Part shown: positions 32,488 to 41,567 of the stretch, piece after piece
Position numbering within the stretch: the stretch's first letter is position 1
Layout: every line of letters starts with the position of its first letter
Program-made: the position numbers and the translations under genes
Notes under the pieces: generated by a model
Told to the model about the DNA's origin: nothing
Database searches by the model: none
The model's input: only the letters and a program-made list of their open reading frames with translations
Assembly (NCBI GenBank): GCA_963764625.1
Contig: CAVXTH010000005.1
Location: 1 to 64,000 of the forward strand
DNA: 64,000 bases
Source of the DNA: Candidatus Krumholzibacteriota bacterium
GTDB lineage: Bacteria > Krumholzibacteriota > Krumholzibacteriia > JAJRXK01
Reading direction: 5' to 3'

Positions 32488-34818
32488 CTACTTGAGAGAG
32501 GCAACGCCGTTCTTGAGTTTGGAACTTCTGGCCTTGGCTTCCAGGGCATCCAGAACGCGCTCGGGAGTAAACGGCAACTTGCGCAGGCGAATGCCGACCG
32601 CGTCGTAAATGGCATTTCCCACCGCGGGAATGACGGGCGAGAGCGCGCCCTCGCCGCACTCCTTGGCGCCGTAAGGACCTTCGGGGTCGTGGCTCTCGAT
32701 GATGATGGCCTCGATCGGCGGCGTGTCGACGCTGGTGGGAACTTTGTAGTCGAGGAAATTGGCGTTCATGAGCAAATTGTCCTTCTTGTACCGCATCTCC
32801 TCCATCAGCGTCTGTCCCAGGCCCATGTGCACGCTGCCTTCGATCTGTCCCGCCACCGCCAGAGGGTTCAGGGCAAAGCCGCAATCGTGCGCGGCCCACA
32901 CCTTCACTACTTTCACGAAGCCGGTCTCGAGGTCCACTTTCACTTCAGCGACGAACGCGCCGAAGGAATAGCTGGGCGAGAGTCCCGCCGCCGCGCCCTT
33001 GAAGTCGCCCCCCAGTTTCGGAGACTGATACCAGCCCTTGGCGATGAGAGCCCCGCCCTCGGACATGGCTTCCTCGAGCGCGTCAAAATAGGAAACCTCG
33101 ACTTCGGGCTCGTTCACGCTGGTGAGCTTGCCGCCTTCGAATTCCCACCGCGCGCGCGGACGTCCCGCGATGTGGCAGGCAGCCCTGGAGAGCTTTTCGC
33201 GGATGACCCGCGCCGCGTCCCGGGTGGCATTGCCCAGCATGAAAGTGACCCGGCTGCTGTAACTTCCCAAGTCGAGAGGCGCGGTGTCGGTATCTTGACT
33301 GCGCACCCGCATCATCGAGAGTGGCAGACCGAGTTCCTCCGCCACCACCTGCGCCATGACGGTGTCCGAGCCCTGCCCGATTTCGGCCGCCATGTTGTGG
33401 ATGGTGACTCCGCCGTCGCCGTCGATCTTCAAGTGCACCGTACAGTGGGGAAACCGCGTCCAGTGGATGGGAAGGTTGCTCCCACTGATGTAGAAGCCGC
33501 AGCCCACGCCCAGGCCGTGCCCGAAGGGCAACTTGCCCCAGCGTTCACGCCAGCCGCTGCGCTCCATGGCCTGTGAGATCCCATCGCGAATGCCGTTGCT
33601 GGTGATGCGGAAATGATTCTCAGTGAGCGTGTTCTCGGGGAGGAAATTGCGCAGCCGGAATTCGCAGGGGTCCTCCCCCAGTTTCTCGGCCAGCTCGTCC
33701 ACCGTGGTCTCGATGAGGTAGCGGGTATTGACGCTGCCGTGGCCGCGCATCGCTCCGCTGGGCGGGCGGTTGGAATACACCCTCCGCCCGCGATAGCGGA
33801 AGTTGGGAATCCGATACGGCCCCTGGCTGAGCACGCCGTTGTAGTAGGTCGTGACCACTCCAAAACTGGAGAAGGCGCCGCCGTCGATGAGGGCGTCGAG
33901 TTCCAGCGCGGTGATCCCTTCCTCTTTGCTGGCCGACATCTTGACTCGGGTCTCGGTTGGATGGCGTCCGTGATTGACCAGAAAGGTCTCCTCGCGGCTC
34001 ATCACGAGTTTGACGGGGCGTCCGGTCTTCTTGGCCAAAAGACAGACGATCATCTCGTGGGGAAAGGGATCGCTCTTGCCGCCGAAACCGCCGCCGATCA
34101 TGGTGCGCACCACGCGAATCTGGTGCATGGGCAGATCCATCACCTCGGCCAGCGCCCGGTGCACGTAGTGCGGCACCTGGGTGGGCGACCAGAGAGTCAG
34201 TCTGCCGTCGGCTTCGAAGTGTGCGCATACCGCATGCGGTTCGGTAAAGGCGTGATTCACTCCGGGAAATTCGTAGCGGTTCTCGATGAGGGCATCGGCC
34301 GATTCAAACGCCTTGTCGACGTCGCCGAATTCCTGCTCGACCTGCTTCATGATGTTCGTGCCCTCCACCGTCTTGCGGTGCAGGGCTTCGATCTTGTTCC
34401 CCAGCGCATCCGTCATCTTCTTCACCGGCGGAAGCGGCTCGTAGAGCACTTCGATCGCCTCGAGCGCGAGGTCGGCGATTTCCTCGCGGTCGGCAGCCAC
34501 CGCGGCCACGGCATCGCCCACGAAGCGCACGCGTTCAACCGCCATCGCGGTTTCATCCTTGGTGATCGGGAGAACCCCGAATTGCCCGGGGGCCTCCCTT
34601 CCCGTCACCACCGCCCGGACGCCTTTTATCGCGGCCGCTTTCTGGGTATCCACCGATACGACACGGGCATGAGCGTGTGGGCTGTGGAGAATGCGCGCGA
34701 AGAGCATGCCGGGCAGGCGAATGTCCTCGGCGTACTGGCCTTCGCCGGCCACTTTCTTCGCGCCGTCCACCAGCGGGGTTGGTTTGCCGATGAGATTGAA
34801 GTGCTTTTTCTCCCTCAC
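32488..34818 (-). CDS. hcrA: Xanthine-oxidase-family molybdopterin subunit, 4-hydroxybenzoyl-CoA reductase alpha-like
   Basis: GGGFGGK, AMRGHG, EIGQGSDT, GSYSSR, GQIEGS, GPYGAKECGEG; hcrC-A-B gene order. Confidence 0.8.
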   Translation of the reverse strand: MREKKHFNLIGKPTPLVDGAKKVAGEGQYAEDIRLPGMLFARILHSPHAHARVVSVDTQKAAAIKGVRAVVTGREAPGQFGVLPITKDETAMAVERVRFVGDAVAAVAADREEIADLALEAIEVLYEPLPPVKKMTDALGNKIEALHRKTVEGTNIMKQVEQEFGDVDKAFESADALIENRYEFPGVNHAFTEPHAVCAHFEADGRLTLWSPTQVPHYVHRALAEVMDLPMHQIRVVRTMIGGGFGGKSDPFPHEMIVCLLAKKTGRPVKLVMSREETFLVNHGRHPTETRVKMSASKEEGITALELDALIDGGAFSSFGVVTTYYNGVLSQGPYRIPNFRYRGRRVYSNRPPSGAMRGHGSVNTRYLIETTVDELAEKLGEDPCEFRLRNFLPENTLTENHFRITSNGIRDGISQAMERSGWRERWGKLPFGHGLGVGCGFYISGSNLPIHWTRFPHCTVHLKIDGDGGVTIHNMAAEIGQGSDTVMAQVVAEELGLPLSMMRVRSQDTDTAPLDLGSYSSRVTFMLGNATRDAARVIREKLSRAACHIAGRPRARWEFEGGKLTSVNEPEVEVSYFDALEEAMSEGGALIAKGWYQSPKLGGDFKGAAAGLSPSYSFGAFVAEVKVDLETGFVKVVKVWAAHDCGFALNPLAVAGQIEGSVHMGLGQTLMEEMRYKKDNLLMNANFLDYKVPTSVDTPPIEAIIIESHDPEGPYGAKECGEGALSPVIPAVGNAIYDAVGIRLRKLPFTPERVLDALEAKARSSKLKNGVASLK

Positions 34819-35429
34819 TTGCCGCTCTCCTTCCCGCTCGGACGAGAGGGCCGCTTCCCCCTGAACGCTCCCAACACCGTGCCGCTACCATCGTCGTTGC
34901 GCCGGCCACGAATGCCAGTGCCCACGGGCACGTCGACTCCACCCTTTTCGCCCCGCAGCTCGGCTGCGGCCACCTGGACCGCGTCCACGATCTTCACGTA
35001 GCCGGTGCACCGGCACATGTTGCCGCTGATCGCCTCGCGGATCTCTTCTTCGCTGGGGTCGTCATTCTCGCGCAGGAGCGCGACGGAAGTCATGATGAAG
35101 CCGGGCGTGCAGAAGCCGCACTGGCTGCCTCCACTGCTCAGGAAGGCCTCCTGCACCGGATGGAGCTTCTCGGCCTCGTGGAGCCCTTCGATCGTGGTGA
35201 TCTCCCGGCCTTCCACCTCGGCCGCCAGGGTCAGACACGAGAGAATCGGCTTGCCGTCGAGCAGAACCGTGCAGCACCCACAGGTCCCCATGTCGCAGCC
35301 ACGGTGACTTCCGGTGAGTTGGAGTTCCTCGCGCAGCGCGTCGAGCAGCGTTGCCGCCGGGCGCAGCGCGAGCTGATGGACCGCTCCATTGACCCTGAGT
35401 GAGACCATGATTTTGCTGGAATTGGACAT
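34815..35429 (-). CDS. hcrC: 2x[2Fe-2S] subunit (gamma)
   Basis: GCDMGTCGCCTV...SC, QCGFCTPG, NMCRCTGY. Confidence 0.82.
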   Translation of the reverse strand: MSNSSKIMVSLRVNGAVHQLALRPAATLLDALREELQLTGSHRGCDMGTCGCCTVLLDGKPILSCLTLAAEVEGREITTIEGLHEAEKLHPVQEAFLSSGGSQCGFCTPGFIMTSVALLRENDDPSEEEIREAISGNMCRCTGYVKIVDAVQVAAAELRGEKGGVDVPVGTGIRGRRNDDGSGTVLGAFRGKRPSRPSGKESGK

Positions 35430-35483
35430 GAAGCGAATATAAACGATTGTTCGAGCTCTCTCCAGTGGATCCCCAGCATACGA

Positions 35484-35509
35484 AGGGCGGCTCCTGGTGG
35501 AGCCGCCCT
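35484..35509 (-). terminator. Probable terminator hairpin after the lipoprotein gene
   Basis: Perfect 11-bp stem AGGGCGGCTCC/GGAGCCGCCCT with 4-nt loop; weak U tail on the minus strand. Confidence 0.55.
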
Positions 35510-35564
35510 CACTGCGCGAGGCTTCGATTTCGGGCTCACCCGGCGCGGGGCGCCCGGAATGAAG

Positions 35565-36686
35565 CTAGTTCCCGGTGCCGCCAGTCGGCGGCGGATTGTC
35601 CACCACCGGCCCACCGCACTCCGCCTTCCACATGGCGCGGAAGAAGCCCAGACCCAGGTCGCTGCGGGTCATGTATTCACCGCTGAACTCGCCCTCGATC
35701 TGTCCGTACTTGGCCGCCCAGTGTCCAAAGAAGACGCCGGTGCCGTCATCCTTGGGTTCCCAGCTTCCCCGCAAAAGACCCCGAATGTGGCCGGCTCGAT
35801 CGATGATCTTGCCCGCGAAGACACGCTCCCCCGCGTCGTTCACACCCCAGCGTCCGCGCAGGTGGCCGTCCACGTCTCCGAATTGATTGACCCAGTGGCC
35901 CCGGAAGAATCCACCGTTGGCCCCGGGCACGCTCACCCAGTAGCCGCGCATGAAGCCGGAGGGGCAAGTGTCGAGCGTCTTTCCCTCGAAGGAAATCGAG
36001 TTGCCCTGATCGTCCACGCTCACCGTGCGATCGAGGCCGTCCAGATCAGCCAGGCTGATCGTGGTGGAGAAGGGCCCGGTCTTGAAGCTGAGCTCGCCGG
36101 CGAAGGCGCCGGTGTCGTCCGGACGCTGCAGAATGCACAGGAGCAAGCCATCGAAATGCGGCCCGGTATAGCTCTGCCACTGCAGGAGCTGGCGATTGGT
36201 GCGCGGCAGGAGATGGTCGACGGGACGCTCGAAGAGAATCGTGCGCTTCACCGCAATGGCGCCCCCGGTCACGCTCAGCGAGCCGCTCCAGTCGAGGGCC
36301 ATCGCGGGGCTCGCGGCATCGACACTCGGCCGGCCGTCGAGCTTGCCCCAGAGAATCCGCACCACGGTGCGCTTGAGCAGCGGGTTGTCCCTCAGAGCGG
36401 GATCACGATCGAGGACGCTGTCTTCGTCGTCCTGCGTCATGAGATCCTGCTCCATGCTCGCGGTCTCGCTCTGAAGCTGAGAATCGTCGAAGGCCGGGGC
36501 CTCATCAGTGTAGGCGAGGCCGCCGTAGGCCTGGTTCAAGTCGATCTGGTCGAGAGAATTCGTGCCGCCGATACTGGTATCGGCGGCGGAAAGGGGAGTC
36601 TCGTTCTTGGCACAACCCCCCGCGAACGCGGCGAGCAACAGGACCGAGATTCCCAGGCGGGCGAAAGAACGGGTGGTCATCATCAT
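35565..36686 (-). CDS. Hypothetical lipoprotein with Gly/Trp repeats
   Basis: LLAAFAGGC lipobox; repeated (F/L)RGxW motifs in the C-terminal third. Confidence 0.75.
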   Translation of the reverse strand: MMMTTRSFARLGISVLLLAAFAGGCAKNETPLSAADTSIGGTNSLDQIDLNQAYGGLAYTDEAPAFDDSQLQSETASMEQDLMTQDDEDSVLDRDPALRDNPLLKRTVVRILWGKLDGRPSVDAASPAMALDWSGSLSVTGGAIAVKRTILFERPVDHLLPRTNRQLLQWQSYTGPHFDGLLLCILQRPDDTGAFAGELSFKTGPFSTTISLADLDGLDRTVSVDDQGNSISFEGKTLDTCPSGFMRGYWVSVPGANGGFFRGHWVNQFGDVDGHLRGRWGVNDAGERVFAGKIIDRAGHIRGLLRGSWEPKDDGTGVFFGHWAAKYGQIEGEFSGEYMTRSDLGLGFFRAMWKAECGGPVVDNPPPTGGTGN

Positions 36687-37052
36687 CTTCCTCCAAGCTC
36701 GGGCCGAAGCGAGCGGCCCATGGGGTTTCTGGGTTCGGGGAGAGCAAGGGGGAGGCCCGAGCCGGGGAAACCTGTTAACTAGATACGAATAAATTAGTTA
36801 GACGACCAGGCTCTGCTCCTATCTCGGGGCAAAAGCGTACGCAGAGGTACACCGTGGCGCTAGCCGTACACTGGAAGGAGTTGAGGGCGCCGTGCCCGCC
36901 CCCAGAGCGGGCGGGCTCTGCATCCGCACCAGCTTGACCCCCCCAGGGGTGCGCTGTCATTATGGAAGGCAAAGCTAGGCTCCCCCTTCCGGGCAGTCTC
37001 TCTGGGCATGAGGAGTTTCATGGGGTATTGAGAACGGACCTGATCTGACATC

Positions 37053-39080
37053 ATGTTGCACGCATCCTCTCCGCGCGGGCGATGCCTCTTCGCCGTCGCG
37101 CTCACTTTGCTTTGTCTTCTCTCGCTGGCTTCCTCCGCGTTCGGGGTGGAGTTTGTGGTGCCGGCAGGCGTGCACGGCGAGCTTCCGGCCCAGTTCCTCG
37201 CAAAGAGCACCATGACCGGCACGGGCAAGATTGCCACCGTCAACCAGACCCACTACGACGTTCTGCACTACGATCTCACTCTCGATCCCTCCTTCGACGA
37301 TCAGACGATCCAGGGCACGGTGCGCATCGACCTCGTGAGCCTGCTCGACGGGCTCACCGATCTCGAGTTCGACCTCTTTCAGAATCTCCAGGGAACCGGC
37401 GCCCATGACGATCAGGGGAATCCGCTGAGCTTCACCCACGAGAACGACTTGCTGACCGTGCAGCTCGCGGACCCGTTGTTCGCCGGTGACAGCCTGAGCG
37501 TCACCATCGACTACGAAGGTTCGCCCCAGCCGGTAGGATTTCTGGGAATGCAGTTTCTCCAGCACGATGGCACCCCGATCCTGGCCACCCTCAGCGAGCC
37601 CTATTACTCGCGTTCGTGGTGGCCCTGCAAGGATCTCCCCGACGACAAGTCGACGGTCACTCTCACCCTACGCGCGCCGCCCGGCTACTACTGCGCGGGC
37701 AACGGCGTGCTGACCTCCCAGGAAGTGCTTCCCAGCGGAGCAGGTACACTCTTCACCTGGGAGGAGGACTACCCCATCAGCTCGTACAACGTATCGGTCG
37801 CCGTGACCAACTACGTGGGGTGGACCGAGAACTGGACGAGCCCGAGCGGCACTCCGATGGTCCTGGAGTACAGGGTGTTTCCCGAGGACCTCAACAAGGC
37901 CCTCGTCGATTTCGCGTCCACACGGGAAATGCTCGACCTCTATTCAACGCTCTTCGGCGAGTATCCGTTCGTCAACGACAAGTACGGAATGGCGGAGTTC
38001 ATTTTCGACGGCGCCATGGAACATCAGACCATGACGAGCTACGGACAATCGCTCATCACCGGCGACAACTTCTACGAGACCCTCGTGGGTCACGAGATGG
38101 CGCACCAGTGGTTCGGCAACCTGGTCACGGTCAAGGATTGGAACGAAGTATGGCTCCACGAGGGCTTCGCCACCTACGCGGAGGCGCTCTGGGTCGAACA
38201 CAAGAGCGGGTTCGAGGCGTACCACCACTTCATGCTGTCGCATTCCGCCTATCAGATCGGCTTCTACGGTCCAGTGAGTCCGCCCATTCCCCTGTTCGGC
38301 GGAACCGTCTACCAGAAAGGCGCCTGGATTCTGCACATGTTACGCCACATGATCGGGGACAACGATTTCTTCCAGGTGCTCAAGACCTACTCGGCCTCGC
38401 CCAACTTACGTTACGGCGCGGCGAGGATCTCCGACTTCATTTCGATCGCGGAATCGGTGAGCGGCACCGAATTGTCCTGGTTCTTCGACGAGTGGCTCTA
38501 TCGCATCGGTCGTCCGGAATACCGGATGTCGTGGAGAAGCGAGAACCTGGGTGAGAACTACCGGGTGGTGGTTACGATCGAGCAGATGCAGAGCGGAGAT
38601 ACCTACCGCATGCCACTGGACTTCGTGGTGGACACCGCGGCGGGGAGTCAGACTTTCGTGGTGTGGAACGACGGAGCGTACCAGGTGGCCTCGTTCATCG
38701 TTCCGACGCAACCCACCGATGTCCGCCTCGATCCCGACGACTGGGTTCTGCGCTGGAACCAGAATCCCAATATTCCCACCTCGGTGCCACAGCTCACGGC
38801 GAGTCGGCTCGCGCTTCTCCCCAACGTTCCAAATCCCTTCAATCCCTCGACGCGCTTGCGGTTCACCCTTCCCGGGGAAGTTCCGGTCCAGTTGCGCATC
38901 GTCGACATGCGAGGCCGCACCGTCCGGCGTTTCCAAACCGATTCGATGGGGGCGGGACAGCACGAACTGATTTGGAGCGGGCGCGACGACAGTGGTCAAC
39001 CGGTGGCGTCGGGCGTGTATACCGTGGTGTTGCAGGAAGCGGACCAGACCGCGGCGCAGAGAATCACTCTGGTCAAGTAG
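37053..39080 (+). CDS. Secreted M1 aminopeptidase with C-terminal FlgD-Ig-like domain
   Basis: GAMEH, HEMAHQWFG...WLHEGFATY, YQKGAWILHML; PNPFNPST...WSGRDDSGQPVASGVY. Confidence 0.93.
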   Translation: MLHASSPRGRCLFAVALTLLCLLSLASSAFGVEFVVPAGVHGELPAQFLAKSTMTGTGKIATVNQTHYDVLHYDLTLDPSFDDQTIQGTVRIDLVSLLDGLTDLEFDLFQNLQGTGAHDDQGNPLSFTHENDLLTVQLADPLFAGDSLSVTIDYEGSPQPVGFLGMQFLQHDGTPILATLSEPYYSRSWWPCKDLPDDKSTVTLTLRAPPGYYCAGNGVLTSQEVLPSGAGTLFTWEEDYPISSYNVSVAVTNYVGWTENWTSPSGTPMVLEYRVFPEDLNKALVDFASTREMLDLYSTLFGEYPFVNDKYGMAEFIFDGAMEHQTMTSYGQSLITGDNFYETLVGHEMAHQWFGNLVTVKDWNEVWLHEGFATYAEALWVEHKSGFEAYHHFMLSHSAYQIGFYGPVSPPIPLFGGTVYQKGAWILHMLRHMIGDNDFFQVLKTYSASPNLRYGAARISDFISIAESVSGTELSWFFDEWLYRIGRPEYRMSWRSENLGENYRVVVTIEQMQSGDTYRMPLDFVVDTAAGSQTFVVWNDGAYQVASFIVPTQPTDVRLDPDDWVLRWNQNPNIPTSVPQLTASRLALLPNVPNPFNPSTRLRFTLPGEVPVQLRIVDMRGRTVRRFQTDSMGAGQHELIWSGRDDSGQPVASGVYTVVLQEADQTAAQRITLVK

Positions 39081-39082
39081 CG

Positions 39083-39111
39083 TCTCCACCCCGTACGAAT
39101 CGGGGAGGGGA
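39083..39111. terminator. GC-rich hairpin between the convergent peptidase gene and the large ncRNA
   Basis: TCTCCACCCCG-TACGAAT-CGGGGAGGGGA; no clear U tract. Confidence 0.45.
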
Positions 39112-39131
39112 GCAGGCCGGCCAACTGTGCC

Positions 39132-39841
39132 GAGTTCATGCCCCAGTGGACTCGACCAATGACCTGACTGGGGGGTGTCGGCTGAATCACTCAAGGTGTC
39201 CGTCGAACGAGGGCCCCCGCCGTCTGGCGCTCACAGGGGATCGACCCTGAAGCCTGTCCGTGCACGTCAGCCGGTCCTGCTTCCAACCCAACCGAACCGC
39301 GCGGATGAGGGGAAGGGAACTCAGGAGGCAAACGGTCCCTGAGAGGGTTTCCCCTCCCGTCCACCTCCCAGTACCCCGCCTGAACCCTTGTTTGAAAGAC
39401 GCCAGAGGCCGGAACACAGACGCGACATCAACGAGAACCGGCGCCGGGAGCACAGTCAACCAAATGCCCAGGCATTCACCCGCTGAAGAGCCGCGCGACG
39501 GGAAGTGGACTGCCTCACAACTGGCAGGCACTTCGGCCCGCTCTTCAGTCTTCACGAGTCTCTTGGGAAATTCCGGGCCTAGGGCGAGACGCAAGGCACC
39601 TGGCTGAACCGAGCAATCTCGCGACATCGCGCCTCTTGAAACTTCCAGTCCCCACTGGGACTAGACCCGCTTCGATAGACTTGGACGTCGCCGGTGACTC
39701 GGGTGAGGAATGCTCCAGTTCCGTAAGGAAGTGCGGCGAGGGTGCAAACTCGGGGTCTGGAGTCCCCTAGTCTCCGTGGAGGTAATGGTCCGTAGACGAG
39801 CCACTGGATAGACAAACAAGTCTACTTCGCCATGAACTCCT
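39132..39841 (-). ncRNA. Candidate large (~710 nt) structured non-coding RNA, class not recognised
   Basis: Own promoter; 5'/3' closing helices (39831-39839 with 39132-39140; 39797-39807 with 39143-39154); many nested helices whose G-U pairs only work on the minus strand; no credible ORF. Confidence 0.75.
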
Positions 39842-39847
39842 GTCGAA

Positions 39848-39876
39848 AAGTTACGGAAGCCATTCGGGGACGTCAA
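39848..39876 (-). promoter_or_regulatory. Sigma70 promoter of the large ncRNA
   Basis: TTGACG(39876-39871)-17 nt-TAACTT(39853-39848); predicted +1 near 39841, 2 nt before the closing helix. Confidence 0.7.
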
Positions 39877-39885
39877 CCCCCCCAC

Positions 39886-40740
39886 TCAACTCTGGCCGAG
39901 ATGGGTGGTAAACCACTCGGAACTCAAAGCCAGCGCGCGGTCCAGGGCGTCGGTCGTGCCCGCGAAGGGGTGAATCGCGTTCCAGGTGTGTCCGGTGCCC
40001 GGGATCATCTCCAGGTGGCAGCCGTCCGCCTCGCCGCGCCCCGCGCGGAGCGTCTGGGCATTCTGGGGATCGACCGCCAGATCATTCTCCGCCTGCAGAA
40101 TGAGGTGGGCCGCCTTCATTTCCTTGACCCCAGCGGTGAGGTCATAGCGCCGCGCGTTCTCGCGCGCATCTTCCACCAGAGTGAACCCCACCGCCATGCG
40201 CTGCTTCGTACGAGAATTCAGGAACTCCAGCTTGCCTTCCTCTTCCCAGTCGCGGAGCTGACGCTCGGTGTAGTGCAAGGCCTGGGAAATTCCGTTCCAG
40301 GTGACGAGAGCGGCGATCGCCGGATCCTCCCTCGCGACGACGATGGCGCTCAGGGCTCCCCGGCTGTGCGCGAGGAGACCGACACCAAGCCTACGGGTTT
40401 CTTCGGGAAGAGGAGACTCTCTTCGCAACCAGCTGAGGACATGCTCGAGATCCTCGATCTCCCGGGCATAGGTGTTGCGCTCGAAAAGATCCAGCCGATC
40501 GAACTCGCCGGGCCTCTCTCCGACTCCATTCAACGAGAAATCGAAGCAGACCGTGACGAATCCTCTGGTGGCCAAGGTGCGCCCGAGGTAGGGGAAGAAC
40601 CCCCAGTTCTTGAAACCCTTGAAGCCGTGCACGATTACGACCAGACCGAGGGCTTGCTCCTCGGCCGGCCGGCGGAGATCCAGGCGCAAGGGAAGTCCGT
40701 CCCTGCACTGAAGTTGGTGCTGGCTCTCTCTCAGGTTCAT
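39886..40740 (-). CDS. Alpha/beta hydrolase (start uncertain, 40740-40800)
   Basis: IVHGFKGFKNWGFFP, AHSRG nucleophile elbow, DLAV, TGHTW. Confidence 0.88.
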   Translation of the reverse strand: MNLRESQHQLQCRDGLPLRLDLRRPAEEQALGLVVIVHGFKGFKNWGFFPYLGRTLATRGFVTVCFDFSLNGVGERPGEFDRLDLFERNTYAREIEDLEHVLSWLRRESPLPEETRRLGVGLLAHSRGALSAIVVAREDPAIAALVTWNGISQALHYTERQLRDWEEEGKLEFLNSRTKQRMAVGFTLVEDARENARRYDLTAGVKEMKAAHLILQAENDLAVDPQNAQTLRAGRGEADGCHLEMIPGTGHTWNAIHPFAGTTDALDRALALSSEWFTTHLGQS

Positions 40741-40798
40741 CCCTACCATCCCCTTCGCCGATTTTCTTGAGCTTTCATCTCGTTCGGAAAGTGGTCGC

Positions 40799-41479
40799 AT
40801 GCGCGCGAATTCGCCAATCGAGGCGGCGGTTTTCGACCTGGACGGAACCCTGGTGGATTCGCGTCAGGCCATCGTCCATGCGGTCGCCGAAGGCGTTCGC
40901 CGCGTCTTTGAGAATCACGCGATCGACGATCACGCGCCCGACGAAACCGCGATCATGGATGCCATGGGCCTTCCCCCGGTGGAATACTACCGCAGAATCC
41001 TTCCTTCGCACCTGGCCCATCTGGCCGGCGAGGTCAAGGAGAGCGCCACCGCCGCCGAAATCGAAGTTCTGGCGCGGGGCGAGGGGAAGCTGTACCCGAA
41101 AGTACGCGAGACCCTGCAACAGCTGCGCGCGCGGGGCGTTCGCCTCGCGATCGTGAGCAACGCGCAGGAGCCGTATTTCCGCGCGTGTATACGCTACTTG
41201 AAGCTCTCGGATCTGGTGGAACACACCGAGTGTCACGAGGAACTTCCCGTGGGTGTCGGCGAAGGCAAGCCCGTGCTCTTGCGGCGGGCCCTCACAGAAT
41301 TGGGCGTGGAGGCGGCGCGCAGTGTGATGGTCGGAGACCGCAGGGAAGACATCGCCGCGGGCCAAGAACTGGGGTGCGCGACCGTCGGTTTGAGCTATGG
41401 CTTCGCGGGAGAGGGGGAACTCGAGGACGCCGATCAGGTGTACGCCGAATTCGAGCGCCTCCTGGAACTGGCGCGCTGA
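40799..41479 (+). CDS. HAD-superfamily phosphatase
   Basis: FDLDGTLVDS, IVSN, GKP, MVGDRREDI. Confidence 0.92.
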   Translation: MRANSPIEAAVFDLDGTLVDSRQAIVHAVAEGVRRVFENHAIDDHAPDETAIMDAMGLPPVEYYRRILPSHLAHLAGEVKESATAAEIEVLARGEGKLYPKVRETLQQLRARGVRLAIVSNAQEPYFRACIRYLKLSDLVEHTECHEELPVGVGEGKPVLLRRALTELGVEAARSVMVGDRREDIAAGQELGCATVGLSYGFAGEGELEDADQVYAEFERLLELAR

Positions 41480-41567
41480 TTCCGCCTCGCCACAAGCGCA
41501 CGCCGAGTACCCTTCCGACACAAGCCCACCCCCCACTGCGCCTTTTGGAGAATGGCGCCGAGGTCCC

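Noticed and set aside
31423-32608. C-terminal extension of the 1223-aa RND ORF
   Set aside because: Read-through caused by a frameshift near 31365; the extension is the antisense shadow of hcrB.
35430-35564. Moco riboswitch upstream of hcrC
   Set aside because: No recognisable Moco motif; the hairpin is better explained as a terminator, and hcrC appears leaderless.
39225-39255. tRNA T-arm-like hairpin CAGGGUCGAUCCCCUG...GCGCCA
   Set aside because: The loop is 6 nt, not UUCGANN, and no matching acceptor, D or anticodon arms are present; treated as an ordinary hairpin.
39132-39841. RNase P RNA, tmRNA or group II intron
   Set aside because: No GAGGAAAGUCC or ACAGAA...GCUUA, no GGGG...CCACCA ends or tag ORF, and no domain V with a GUGCG start on either strand.
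39187-39885. Short ORFs over the large ncRNA and the AGGAG-UUC-AUG MAK* mini-ORF
   Set aside because: No recognisable protein features or host-like codon bias; the SD-AUG spacing of 3 nt is too short and lies within the closing helix.
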